The notes: generated by a model from the letters alone, not told the origin. DNA of 64,000 bases from Chiloscyllium plagiosum (GCF_004010195.1 NC_057758.1:5632936-5696935), one strand, 5' to 3'; positions 38,340-51,124 are shown, counted from the stretch's first letter. Numbers and translations: made by a program.

Positions 38340-39860
38340 TCACGTGGCGCAAACGGCGGTGAATGCTCCTCTTGACACTGATGCTGGTGAGTGAGGACAA
38401 GGCGGACTCTATCGATCCTGTCGGGCGAGGAGAAAGGTGATAAGGTTGAAGTGAGAGAAGGTCAGATCTGGACCCCAGTTGCAGTGCTGAGGAATTCTCG
38501 GTTGAGGATAAACATGCACACTCCGTAAGGCCTTCTTGTCGAAGGTGGCATAATCAGAAATGATGCAACAGAGATGGAGGAAATTGATCATGGAATAGCG
38601 TATTTATAGAAAGCAGTGAGTGAGGATGCACAGTTAAGGTAACTGTGCATATCAGTGGGCTTATACTGGCTGTTAGTGAACAATCTGTCATCATAAATTT
38701 AAATCGAGATTTCAACGAAGGCAACCGACCAGGTCAGTGGTGGAGCACCTGAAGATAAGAAAGGATAGAAATTGAAAGCAAAATAGGTAAACTTTTACAA
38801 TTCCCAATGAGAGAGAGAGAAGCAGTACTGATAATGTCGTTGATACCTCGCAGATAGATTTGTGGGTGGGGACCATAGTCAGACCGCAATAAGGAATGTC
38901 CCATGTACCTCACAAAGAGGAAGGCTGCACTTGGAACCATGCCTGAACAATGGCTTCCAGACCTCGCGATGTGAAGAAGGTAAGGGAACCTAAAGAACAG
39001 CTCTTCAGGGTGAGGCCAAGGTGGTCAAGGCAGAGGGATGGGTGGGGCATTTTGTTCAATAAAGTGTGGCACGCCTTCAGAACACCCTCATGTAGTGGTG
39101 ATGATTCGGCATTGCATGTCCCATTGCGAAGAGAAGCTGGGAGGAGCCCGACAACTGGAAGTTGTGAAACTGGAGTAAAGCGACAGAGGACTGGCAGATG
39201 TACGTCAGAATGAACCGATGAAGAGGAGAAAAACATTGAATCGATTTTGGAACAGACGTGCTCTACGGAGCAAGAGTGGACAGAAAACACAGATGGGCAG
39301 AAGAGTTTGTGAATTTTAGGAAGGAGGCAAATGCGCGCTTTAGCGGGGTTGTAGACTAAGAGCGTGGAAGCAGTGGACAGGAGATCACAGGATGGAATAT
39401 GTTTCGTGACCGTTATAGACACTATGGTCTGATGTTCCATGTTGGAGTCATTGTCCAGTTGGAGAAGGCAGACACTATCCAAAAGCTAACATCGAGCATC
39501 TGTAATGTTTGTTCAGTAGGCCAGACAATAACCGCACCATGCCTAGTGACAATCTTAAGAAAATAGTAGGGTTGGATCTGAGAGCACGAAATGCAGTCAG
39601 TTAAGAGGGAGATAGTCTAGAATGGAGAACGGGGAACAGACAATCTGAGGCGACGAATGTGAAGTTAAAAGATTGCAATGAAGAGGTCGACTACAGATGA
39701 AAGGTCAGAGGGCGTAGTCCAAGCACAGGTGGATTGTGGGAAGTCGGAAAAATACTTTGTGGAACAGGGAGAGAATTCTTGCCTAAAATAATTGATATGT
39801 AGGAATCCCGGAATATCAGAATTCACTGGGCGAAGACATGTGTGATGGTGCCATTCTTTA
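38340..39860 (-). mobile_element. Old Penelope-like RT fragment
   Basis: LLPKIHK, YLRGINDII and ACLFV-like remnants in minus-strand ORFs. Confidence 0.8.
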
Positions 39861-40383
39861 ACAAGGTAATGCTTTCCTTGTCTTTTCTCAGAGAGGTGGT
39901 AAATACACTGGTTCCCGGGTGTCTAGGTTCAAAGTTTTAAAGGGCCAACTTGTTTATAGCTATCCGAACCTGCCTCAGACAAAAGGCATTCAAGTTGAAG
40001 GAGTACACTTGGCCAACGAAAGAGGAGTGGGCAGTTCTCCCAACTCAGTTGGTCTCCCCTTGATTTTTGTTTAAAGCAGACAGTTATGAAGCAGCTGGAC
40101 CCAAAGAGGCAGATCCATGCTGATCCTTCCTCTGTCTGACATCACTCCTGAAAAAGACTCCTGTCTTTGATTCTTATTTTTTTTTTGTAAAGGCGTGTTC
40201 AAAGGGATTGGTGCAGGTATTTGGATCAGCTTCATTAAGTTGGGATAATCTGTTGGGTTTTCAGACCCGATCAGGCATTCCGCATTCTGGTTTGCTTTGT
40301 TTGTTTTCCTAATAATCTTGCAAATGCTTTCACTTTTCTTCAAAATGAAGCGGATGGTCCAGCTGCATTACTCCTAGAATATC

Positions 40384-40569
40384 CAGAGCTGAAAATGTGT
40401 TGCTGGAAAAGCGCAGCAGGTCAGGCAGCATCCAAGGAACAGGAGAATCGACGTTATGGGCATAAGCCCATCTTCAGGAAGAAGGGCTTATGCCCGAAAT
40501 GTCCATTCTCCTGTTCCTTGGATGCTGCCTGACCTGCTGCGCTTTTCCAGCAACACATTTTCAGCTCTG
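40384..40569. mobile_element. Palindromic non-autonomous Penelope-terminus derivative
   Basis: cagagctgaaaatgtgttgctggaaaagcgcagcaggtcaggcagcatccaaggaacaggagaat... is followed by its reverse complement. Confidence 0.9.
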
Positions 40570-40975
40570 ATCTCCAGTATCTGCAGTCCTCACGTTCTCC
40601 TCCGAGAATATCCACGCTACATCTGCTTAAAGGAACTGGAAAAGTTGATGGTCCAGGTTGTAAAATATTTTGAAGGCTTCTGGCCTAGTCCATAACACAT
40701 GGGTAAGTATAACGGTGAACATATTCAAAATACATGACATCTTTTACTGATAGCAATTGCATTCATACCAATAATGGAGATGAGCCGTGCAGGAAGATGC
40801 AGAACTGATGTAAACACAGCAGCACTGGAAGAATGGCTGAGAAACAGCTGCTGGACGAATAATTCTGGTAAACAAACAGAGGCACCATGTTTTTTTATAG
40901 TTATCCATTAGTAGAAATATTAAGTGCCTTAGGAGTATTTGAAGATGTGTGATTAGTTCACAAACTAATTTTTTT

Positions 40976-43900
40976 GCGGCAGAGAGCGTCAGGAGCTGGG
41001 CAGAAGTGAAGTCGGAGGGCAGAGCTGGGTGGGAAGGTAAGTGATTGTTATTTAAGAACTTACCTCGACGCCAACGGTCTTTTCACAGCAGAGAGCGGCG
41101 GGAGCTGGGCAGAAGCGAAGTCGGAGCGCAGAGCTGGTTGGGAAGTTAAGTGATTGTTATTTGAGTAGAGAAGGAACCCGATACACTACACATGTAGAGA
41201 CTAAGTGTAGAGTTATGGCAGCGTAGGCTGTGGAATGTTCCACCTGCAGGATGTTTGAGGTAAGGGTGACCACCAATGCTCCTGCTGACTTCATCTGTAG
41301 GAAGGGCAGCCAGCTCAAGCTCCTCACAGACCGCGTTAGGGAACTGGAGCTGGAGTTGCGTGAACTGATGATTATTCGAGAGGCTGACATGGTGATAGAT
41401 AGAAGCTACAGGGACATAGTTACGCCAGAGAACAGAGGTAGCTGCGTAACAGTTAGAGGTGGGAAGGGGAGGAAGCAGGCAGTGCAGGGATCCCCTGTGG
41501 TCGTTCCCCTCAACAATACGTATACCGCTTTGTATACTGTTGGGGGGTGCGGCCTAGCAGGGGTAAGCTGCAGTGACCGGATCTCCGGCACGAGGTCCAG
41601 CTCTGAGGCTCAGAAGGGAAAGGGGGAGAGGAGGAGAACGCTAGTTATAGGAGACTCTATAGTTAGAGGGACAGACGGGGGTTCTGTGGGCATGGGCGAG
41701 ACTCTCGGATGGTTCGTTGCCTCCCGGGTGCCAGGGTCCGTGACGTCTCAGACCGTGTCTTCAGAATCCTTAAGGGGGAGGGTGTGCAGCCAGAAGTCGT
41801 GGTGCACNNNNNNNNNNNNNNNNNNNNNNNNNNNNNNNNNNNNNNNNNNNNNNNNNNNNNNNNNNNNNNNNNNNNNNNNNNNNNNNNNNNNNNNNNNNNN
41901 NNNNNNNNNNNNNNNNNNNNNNNNNNNNNNNNNNNNNNNNNNNNNNNTCCAGCAAGTAGGCTAGCTGTTTGTCAGGATGTCCAAGTGTGTGGGGAGGCTG
42001 TGAAGAAGGTAGTACTGACAGGGAATACTTGCGGACACAGAGATGGGTTCAAATGCGTATACTTCAGCGCAAGGAGTATCAGAAATAAGGTGGGTGAACT
42101 TAAGGCGTGGATCGGTACCTGGGACTACGATGTTTTGGCCATCACGGAAACGTGGATAGAAGAGGGACAGGAATGGTTGTTGGAGGTTCCTGGTTACAGA
42201 TGTTTCAGTAAGATTAGGGAGGGTGGTAAAAAAAGGAGGTGGGGTGGCGTTGCTAATTAGAAATGGTATAACAGCTGCAGGAAGGCAGTTCGAGGGGGAT
42301 CTGCCTTTAGAGGTATTATGGGCTGAAGTCAGAAATAGGAAAGCTGCAGTCACCTTGTTGGGTGTTTACTATAGGCCCCCAATAGCAGCAGAGATGTGGA
42401 GAAACAGATTGGGAAACAGATTTTGGAAAGGTGCAGAAGTCACAGGGTAGTAGTCATGGGTGATTTCAACATCCCAAATATTGATTGGAAGCTCTTTAGA
42501 TCAAGTAGATTGGACGGGGCGGTGTTTGTGCAATGTGTCCAGGAAGCTTTTCTAACTCAGTATGTAGATTGTCCAACCAGAGGGGAGGCCATATTGGATT
42601 TGGTACTTGGTAACGAATCGGGACAAGTGATGGGCTTGTTAATGGGTGAGCATTTTGGTGATGGTGATCACAATTCTGTGACTTTCACCTTGATTATGGG
42701 GAGAGATAGGTGCGTGCAACAGGGTAGGTTTTACAATTGGGGGAAGGGTAAATAGGATGCTGCAAGACAAGATCTGAGGAGCATAAGTTGGGAGCATAGG
42801 CTTTCAGGAAAGGATGTCGTTGAAATGTGCAACTTTTTCAAGGAACAGATACGACGTGTCCTTGAGAGGTATGTACCTGTCAGGCAGGAAAGAGATGGTC
42901 GTGTGAGGGAACCTTGGTTGACGAGGGAGGTTGAATGTCTTGTAAAGAGGAAGAAGGAGGCTGACATAAGGTTGAGGAAACAAGGTTCAGACAGAGCATT
43001 GGAGGGATACAGGATAGCCAGGATGGAGCTGAAGAAAGGGATTAGGAGAGTTAAGAGAGGGCATGAAAAATCCTTGGCGGGTAGGATCAAGGATAACCCC
43101 AAGGCTTTTTATGCGTATGTGAGAAACATGAGAATGACGAGAACGAGGGAGGGTCCGATCAAGGACAGTAGTGGGAGACTGCGTATTGAGTCGGAAGAGA
43201 TAGGAAAGGTCTTGAATGAGTACTTTTCTTCAGTATTTACAAATGAGAGGGACCGTATTGTTGAAGAGGAGAGTATGAAACAGACTGGTAAGCTAGAGGA
43301 GATACTCGTGAGGAAGGAAGATGTGTTGGGCATTTTGAAAAACTTCAGGATAGACAAGTCCCCCGGGCCTGAGGGGATATATCCTAGTATTATGTGGGAA
43401 GCAAGAGACGAAATTGCAGAGCCGTTGGCAATGATCTTTTCGTCTTCACTGTCAACGGGGGTCGTACCAGGGGACTGGAGAGTGGCGAATGTTGTGCCCC
43501 TGTTCAAAAAAGGGAATAGGGATAACCCCGGGAATTACAGGCCAGTTGGTCTTACTTCGGTGGTAGGCAATGTAATGGAAAGGATGCCGAGGGATAGGAT
43601 TTATGAGTATCTGGAAAGACACTTTTTGGTTAGGGACAGCCATCACGGATTTGTGAGGGGCAGGTCCTGCCTTACAAATCTTATTGAATGCTTTGAGGAG
43701 GTGACCAAGCATGTGGATGAGGGTAGAGCAGTGGATGTAATGTACATGGATTTTAGTAAGGCATTTGATAAGTTTCCCCATGGTAGGCTTATGCAGAAAG
43801 TCAGGAGGCATGAGATAGTGGGAAATTTGGCCAGTTGGATAGAGAACTGGCTAACCAGTTGAAGTCAAAGACTGGTGGTAGAAGGTAAATATTCAGCCTG

Positions 43901-44740
43901 GAGGCCAGTTACAAAGGAGTTCCGCAGGGATACGTACTGGGTCCTCTGCTGTTTGTAATGTTTATTAATGATTTGGAAGAGGGAGTCGAAGTGTGGGTCA
44001 GTAAATTTGCATCCGATACGAATATTGGTGGAGTTATGGATAGTGAGGAGGGATGTTGTCGGCTGCAAAGGGACTTAGATATGATGCAGAGCTTGGCCGA
44101 GGAGTGGCAGATGGAGTTCAACCCTTTCAAGTGTGAGATTGTCCAGTTTGGAAGGACAATTAAGAATGAAGAATACAGGGTTAACGGTAGGGTTCTTAGT
44201 GAGGTGGAGGAGCAGAGGGATCTTGGAGTCTATGTTCATAGCTCTTTGAAAGTTGCCACTGAGGTGGATAGAGCTTGTAAGAAGGCCTGTGGTGTATTAG
44301 CGTTCATTAGCAGAGGGATTGAATTCAAAAGTCGTGAGATAATGTTGCAGATGTACAGGATCTTGGTAAGGCCACATTTGGAGTACTCTGTGCATTTCTG
44401 GTCCCCTCATTTTAGGAAAGATGTGGAGGCTTTGGAGAGGGTGCAGAGGAAATTTACCAGGATGTTGCGTGGAATGTAGAATAGGTCGTACAAGGATAGC
44501 TTGAGAGCGCAAGACCTTTTCTCATTACTACGGAGAAGGATGAGTGGTGACTTGATAGAGGTTTATAAGATGATCAGCGGGAATAGATAGAGTAGACAGT
44601 CAGAGACTTTTTCCCCGGGTACAACAGTGTTACAAGGGGACATAAATTTAAGGTGAAGGGTGGAAGGTTTCGGGGGGAATGTATATATCCGGGGCCGAAG
44701 GGCCTGTTCTGTGCTGTATTGTTCTATGTTCTATGTTCTA
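40976..44740 (+). mobile_element. Near full-length CR1 LINE (5'UTR repeats, ORF1, ORF2 EN+RT, (ttctatg)n tail); disrupted
   Basis: ORF1 CSTC.M..., LELEL, VIGDSIVRG. ORF2 ARSIRNK..EL, AITETW, GDFNIPNIDW, YMDFSKAFDK, LVRPHLEY. Tail at 44717-44740. Contains a gap at 41808-41947. Confidence 0.96.
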
Positions 44741-44741
44741 A

Positions 44742-44918
44742 ACATTTCGTTCTTGCAGATTTGTTCCCCATCTGTTAGCAATATTTTCTCTCAAAGTTCT
44801 CTTTTATCGCATAAGACGACATCTTATTATCATAAGATGTCGTCTTGTGCAATAAAATACGTTTGAAAGAAAATATTGCTTACAGATGGGAACCAAATTG
44901 AGCAATCAACGAATTTGT
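44742..44918. mobile_element. ~177-bp imperfect palindrome, MITE-like
   Basis: Arms cccatctgttagcaatattttc..ataagacgacatcttat and ataagatgtcgtcttgt..gaaaatattgcttacagatggg; loop ~4 nt. Confidence 0.8.
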
Positions 44919-44929
44919 GACAACAGAGG

Positions 44930-45184
44930 TTAGTGATGTTTGCTATGTGAGATAATATACATCTTTTCGCGATGACTACAGCAACTAAAACTTTCCTCAG
45001 TTGTATGCTTCTGTGAGTCAAGTTTCAGGACCATCGATTTGTTTCTCCAGAGAATCTTATCCGACCACACAGGTTGTGAGCTGACATCAACATTAGTGTG
45101 GGGAGATCTGGCAAAGAATTCACTTCGTGCATTCATGAACTTTTCTGTTGAATACTCTGAGATTCACGGAGGATGGTTCACATT
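44930..45184 (-). pseudogene. Ig C1-like exon remnant E
   Basis: Strong acceptor tatttctgctttcag. Phase-1 start (E)CEPSSVNL..*ILCQIS, then TNVDVS...SMVLKL...EESFSC. Confidence 0.45.
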
Positions 45185-45360
45185 CTGAAAGCAGAAATAT
45201 AACAGAAGAAAAAATCTACACCATTGCATAGCCAGCTGGACAAGTTTTCATTCTCAGCATTTTGTTTGGGAAGCTGCAATGAATAGGCAAAGTCATAACT
45301 GAGATCGGGAGACAGTGGTTATAAAGAATGCAATCAAAATATCAGAATATATTCACTTAC

Positions 45361-45706
45361 CCGTAAGACAGATCGTACACTTTTAGGCCCTGAGCAACTA
45401 TCAGAGGTGGTGAGTCACCATGTATCTCAAACACTCAGTTGTTAGTTAGTTGGCATGGGCAAAACTCAAATCAATTGATGAAGATGCATAAAGTGTTCCT
45501 GATACACAGGAGAAGGCGACATAGCCCAGAGAACAGTAATATCGCCAGCTTTCTTGAAATACTGAGACCAACATTGCCGAGTGAATGTCGGGACATGGGA
45601 CGTTTCGGAGTTCAGAGCAAGGACAACCACCACAGTGTGAGGTTCTCAAGATGCAGGAAAGGAACAGCTTAGATAGCTGCGAATTCTGTCGTAGTTCTGC
45701 TGCATT
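45361..45706 (-). pseudogene. Ig C1-like exon remnant D (346 bp)
   Basis: Acceptor tatgttacag, donor gtaagt (45355-45360). Reads (E)CSRT..ENLTLWWL and SGTLYASSSIDLS...RYMVTHH. Confidence 0.5.
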
Positions 45707-45967
45707 CTGTAACATATAGAATGCTCTCACCGTGTTGCAGTGAGAACATTCAGCTTTGTGCTGGCCTCACACTCGTGCAAAATCAATTGTATACCTTTTC
45801 TATTCGGGTCATGAAAGCTGTTCTGACCCACACAGTTCAGAAGTACATCAATTACATTAACAAAGAGAGTCAATGATGATAGAAAGGCAAATAACTTCCT
45901 GAGGCAACAGGTCTCTAAGAACTGGCATTTCCTCGGTTTGTTATAGTTTTCATAGTTTCCACATTAC

Positions 45968-46300
45968 TCTCATCTGCGGAAAGACGATCTATGTAAGTAA
46001 TTCGGACGAAAGGGCACCAATAATACGCTGGCAATTGCAAATATACGTTTAGTGTCGAAATACTCATATTTCCACATGCATACTGATCTGTGTAGTCTTA
46101 ATTGTAATTCTGCCTACGTAGCACTCTCTGGGCTCACGTAGTAACCTTTGGTTCCGTTTCATTCGCTGTGCTTGCTGAGATTGAGGAGCATGGGCTGTAT
46201 GCTCCAGGAAGAAAATTGCTTCCGCGCTGGTCAACCAGTTTTGTTGATATGTGCTTTAATCATGACTGGGTAAATGACCGAAATAATCTGAGGGAGTGCC
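45968..46300 (-). pseudogene. Ig C1-like exon remnant C
   Basis: PQIISVIYP and STKLV....SNFLP. The paralogous copy (62.8-63.0 kb) gives ATKAELQLRLHRSNTGSV..TC. Donor-like gtaatg at 45962-45967. Confidence 0.4.
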
Positions 46301-46611
46301 ATGTGGGAGAGTGTTAGATTGAAGATGACAAATTACTATATTTCGGAAGTGCATTCACTCAATCTCACAAACCCTCTGGTTTCGTGGTGGAACAATTAGT
46401 GTTATGTATTCTCGAGTTTGGTTCACAGTTTAGAATCTCCACCACATTCTAACCTCAAAACTACATCTCTCCCGGTTATGCTTCCCATTTTTTAAACATG
46501 AGAATCACTTTAATGACTAGAAAAAAATGAAGGAGTGTACGGTCTTACAGCGATGAAGAGAGTCAGAAAGAACCTGAAGTGTAATCCCAAGAATAAAAAA
46601 AAACATCTTAC

Positions 46612-46924
46612 TGTTTGTGATTGCGGGTAATTTTGACCTGGTGTGGTCAACATTCTCAGTGATACTTTTTGGTATCAGATGTATCGTTCGGAATGCCAGT
46701 CAATGTCATTACTTTGTGCCAGAATAGGGCTTCTTGCTGCAGATCCTCAGCTGCTGAACAGAGCCTGCGCTGTATGCTGTGACCCAGACTACATTCAGAC
46801 AGCAGCTGAAGATTGTGCTGAGTATCGTCAACTCAATCAATCGATCAAAAATCACAAATTTAATAATTAAATCCAGAAAAGTATGTATTTTAAAAAAAAG
46901 TTTGCAGCAATACGCTGCCTGTCG
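46612..46924 (-). pseudogene. Ig C1-like exon remnant B (313 bp)
   Basis: LNVVW...YSGT/KVMTLT...KKYH(C)/NVDHT, ending in phase 1 at donor gtaag (46607-46611). Resembles the Y.CNVDH end of CH domains. Confidence 0.55.
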
Positions 46925-47329
46925 CTGTATTAAACCTCTAAAGGTACTACTGGCTTGTTTCAATCTTCCAGCACAGATTATTTGGCACTTGTCGATCAGT
47001 CTGCCTACTCTGGGTTCAAAACAAAAGGAGGCATCATTCGATTGGTCTGCCATCGCGCACACTCTCACTCCCTAAAATCCTTCTGCTGTACAATTTGCTT
47101 GACTCTCTACATTCGTCTATTCCACTGGTCAACTGTATCTCTTCTTCCTTCCTGCCTTCCTCTCCATCATTGTTCACCAACTCGCTATCTCTCCATATCT
47201 CCATTGCTCTCTCTTCTTCCCTCTCGCTCTCTACTGTCTCGACAGTCAATTTTATCCAACAGCAAATAACAATTCAGAACAGGAACAACCCCTGCGCCCC
47301 CAAACCTGTGGTGATAAATTTTACATTGT

Positions 47330-48390
47330 CTTAACTTGCAGATTCTGTATTCATCCTTTCCCTTCCTAATCATGCATTCGTCCAGTGCTTCTTGAATGCT
47401 GCTGTTGTGTCTACATCCACACCTCCTCTGGTCGCCTGTTCCAGGCACTCAACACCATTTGCGTCAAAGACTTGCCTCGCAAATCTCTTTTAAAGCTACC
47501 AACAATCCCGAAACTCTCTCCACAGCACAGCCCCCACTTCCTCCAACGCCTGGAACTTGAGTCGCTTAGTAAACGGACTCTCCAAAATGTGAAAAAAGTG
47601 TCCTGAATTCCACACGATCCATGCATTCACAATTTGATAAACACCTATCAGGTCGCCCCTCAACCTCCTGCATTCCATTGAAAACAAAGCCAGTTTGCGC
47701 AAACATTCTTCACAGCTAACATTGCCAATCCCCCTAAACGTTATTGCACCGTCGGCAAAGCATTCTGGTAGTGCGGTGAAAAGAACTGTGCGCAATATTA
47801 CAAGTGTGACCTAACCAAATTTCGATAAAATTGCAGAATAACTTGTCTATACTTATATTCTTTGCCACTTCCAATGAAGGCAAGCACACCATGGGCCTTT
47901 GTCTTCAAGAATATGAAGGGCATGTTGGCGATAGAGCGAGTACAGTACAGGTTTACAGAAATGATGCATGTTCTTCCGGGTTACGGTATGAGGATTATAA
48001 AACTTAGCATTTTGACTCTAGAATTTAGAAAGGTAAAGGTTTGATGGAAATCTTCATACTGTCAATGGAGTCGGAGTGTGGGGAGGGGAAGGGTGGATAA
48101 ACATAAATTTATTTTGCGGATTGGTTATTATGGAAGTAGTGGACTTTGCGTGACATTTAGAGCCAGAGATGTTGCGAAGCACTTGTTCACATGGATGTTT
48201 GAAACGATCTTGCACAAACGAGAGTGAATTCTGGATGGGTTTTTCGACTTTTGTTGCCCAAAGACACTAGGGATTATGGGCAAAAAGCAGGAATTTGGAG
48301 TTCGGCAAGAGAGGCAACCAGTATGTCGGTAATGGTGGAATGTGCATGAAGAGCTCAACCGACTCCTCCTTTCTTGTGTTCATATGAAAC
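47330..48390. mobile_element. Old CR1 3' fragments (- 47330-47900; + 47900-48390)
   Basis: RRLRGDLIGVY, TQMVLSAWNR.PEEV and AIERVQYRFT. Confidence 0.75.
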
Positions 48391-48662
48391 TGTGCTTTAT
48401 GGCATGGAACCAGGAGTTTACTTTGTTACTTTTTCTCTCACCAATAACTGTTCTTTGACTTTCAGAGACCGGAGATAATTAACACACTGTGACCTGGAGC
48501 TGAAATCTTCAATCCATGCATTTTCGACAGAATTAGATTGGATAAGTCTCATCTGATCTTTGACATACTTATTTCAAAACCGTGAGATGACACATGAGCT
48601 CTATCCAAGTTTTATTCTTGACACTAGAGTTAGCATCGACATTTTCGGTGTGTATGCTTAAC

Positions 48663-48921
48663 CTCTGCATCAAAACCACCTATATCCAAACGACCCTACG
48701 AAGTCACAAATGCTGTGTCTGAAAAATTCCCAATTCTTCCAAGTTTCTTGTTTCCTTGAATCATTGGTCTTGAATGTCATCTTGACTTTAATTGGACCGT
48801 GCCCAATCTCTCTGCTATGGAAGTTTTCCATCGCTGGAATGGCTTTTTGTGAAGAAGCCGTTGCGACTGAACCAAACGATAGGTTCACTGACGTATGAAG
48901 AGTATTTGGAATCTTTGGTTT
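48663..48921 (-). pseudogene. Weak Ig C1-like exon remnant A
   Basis: Acceptor ctgttgtag. Reads NLSFGSVAT/GFFTK...MTFKTN.SR..ETWKN; the canonical cysteines are not retained. Confidence 0.3.
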
Positions 48922-49352
48922 CTACAACAGCCAATATGGAAAACATAATGTGGAGGTGGACTACCTTATAAATAATATAAAACACCAGCTTATAGTGCAA
49001 AAGGTTTATTTCAAAGAAACCTGTTGATCAACAACCAGGTGTTTGATGGTTAATTTTGTAAACATGGGAGAGATTGTAATGCTGATATCAATGCTGCCTT
49101 CCAGTTGCAGTTTGCATAATTCTCAATGCAGGGTTTCTGCAATTTCCACAGTTTGTGATAATCAGCCAGACTTCCACGGATCCTGATGAATTTTTTTAAA
49201 GATATGGGAGGGATTTCGTCATGGTACTGTTCTTCCGGGCCTATCCAGTAGTTGGAGGAATGATGGTGGGCAATGGATTTGAAATAGTGTCTTTTTCGCT
49301 GGCCTGGCATCGGGCTGATGTAGGTTAACTCCTGGTCTTCTCCCAAAGGGAT

Positions 49353-49955
49353 TGTTATGGTCCGGATCATACCAGACAATCGCCAAATAGTTTAAGGTTG
49401 CTGTCTAAACAGGATGGTTTCCTTATTTTAAGGCAAATGTAAGGCACCATGTTCCAGATACGAACTTAATGGTTCAATAACTCAACATTAAGCAAAACGC
49501 AATTTATTCAAACACTATCGTTAAAAGGCAAAGGCCAAATGGAGAGCTGAGGATCACTTTAATCCATTGGGAAATTTAACAGTGTGTTGGATACATTAAA
49601 TCTTACTGATGAACTGTTCTAATACAGTAACATGCCATGAACACACCTCTTCGCAAAAAACGCAAATTTAGAAGTCAGAGTTCCTCACATGCAACGTCTG
49701 CAGCAGAAAGGGAAACACCACCTTCTGGCTGTACACGCGAGCGGGTGAAAGATCTCTTCTACTTCTGCTGAATTTAAGAACTAAAAACAATCTAGAAATC
49801 CTAACCTGTGAGACCAGGACCCACCCATCCAGGCTACATATATTGTTCCAGCTATTTATAAAACCAACGCTTTACAAGCTATTTACAATACCACGGATAG
49901 TTCTGCGCCTCTGGTTCAATCTATTTCTAAACAGGCACAATGGTACAGTACACAA
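49353..49955. mobile_element. Probable solo LTR (related sequence at ~51990-52495)
   Basis: Begins TGTTATG and ends ...CA; shares an A-rich/acaccc..ggcaa..caaatt layout with 51990-52495. Confidence 0.4.
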
Positions 49956-50329
49956 GATGGTATTACTTTTCCTCGGGTGGTCTCACTCACAACCGTACCT
50001 CTCCATCCACATCACTGCCACAACGCAAATGCCCATATCCCTTTTTTATTGGGGGGTGGGGGTTTGGGGCGGTCATTTATACTTTCTCAATCACCTCTGT
50101 CAAACCTCTCCTCTGATGCCCAGAGGAAGCTACCCTTCCGAACATATGAGCTTGATCATTAGAAACCTGCTCTGCCATTCAGTAAGTTAATGGATCATCT
50201 AATTTCAAACTCATCCCTGCGCTCAGTAGCAGCAGTCTGTACAAATTAGGCTTGCAATATAAGAGGAGTGGCTACAAGAGCAGGTTGAAAATACAGAATC
50301 CTATAGCCACTCAGTCACTGCCTTTCAAC

Positions 50330-50830
50330 AGAGCCCAAGTAAGGAGTATGATGGAATATTCCCCAACTCCCTGGATGAGGGCAGCTCCAATAACACAAAA
50401 GAAGCGTTAGTATTCGGGACAAAGCAACCCAATTGTTTAGGAAACTCATTTACAAGCATCCATTCCCTACACCACCAACGCTCAGTCTCAACAAGAAATT
50501 CGCCAAACATCTTCAGATAGCATCTTCTGAAGCCACGACCACTTCACGTGATCTATCTCGAATGATGGGAATGGGAGATACATGTGAATATCTCCATCTA
50601 TACGTTCCCCTTCAAGTCATTCACCATTCCAACCTGGAAAAATATCACTGATCCTTCAGTGCCAGGAGAAACTACCCTGCAACTGCCTTCATAATTACAC
50701 AGTCCTTACACCACATGGACTGCAACTGCTTAAAAAGGCACCTCAGCACCACCTTCTAAAGGAGCAGTAACAGTGGGCCAATTCATATTGTTTCCAGCCA
50801 GTGGCACCCCCATCTGTGAATGAATAAGAT
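50330..50830 (+). mobile_element. LINE 3' end fragment (CR1/L2 superclade)
   Basis: RSMMEYSP..WM.AAP.T.KK-like reading; 3'UTR catggactgca..caccaccttct..tgaatgaataa. Confidence 0.6.
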
Positions 50831-51124
50831 CAAGGCTTGCTGCTCTGTTTATGTTGATCTATGTTGAGGACAATCAACTGTTTACTTGTTTGGACAACGA
50901 CATACTTACACATCTTCAGCCAGGATAGGTGAGCACCATGACTGTCCGACTAAGACATCTGCAACATGGATCATTTTTCACTTGGGAAAAATTAAACACC
51001 AAAAACATTGAAATGTCAGTCTTAAAAAAATGTCAGTATTTCATCCACCCTTGTAATGATATATGCAGCGTCGGATTGTTGAAGGTACATATCAGGAAGG
51101 TAGCCCAGACCTACCACTGGAGTG

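Larger units (their letters stand above)
45677..47166 (+). repeat. Direct segmental duplication copy 1 (partner 62477-64000, which runs off the window)
   Basis: Continuous high-identity match with small indels. Confidence 0.95.

Noticed and set aside
46643..46870. 75-aa + strand ORF 'conserved' at 63479-63706
   Set aside because: The conservation simply reflects the recent duplication. It has no recognisable domain and is antisense to the better-supported C1-like exon.
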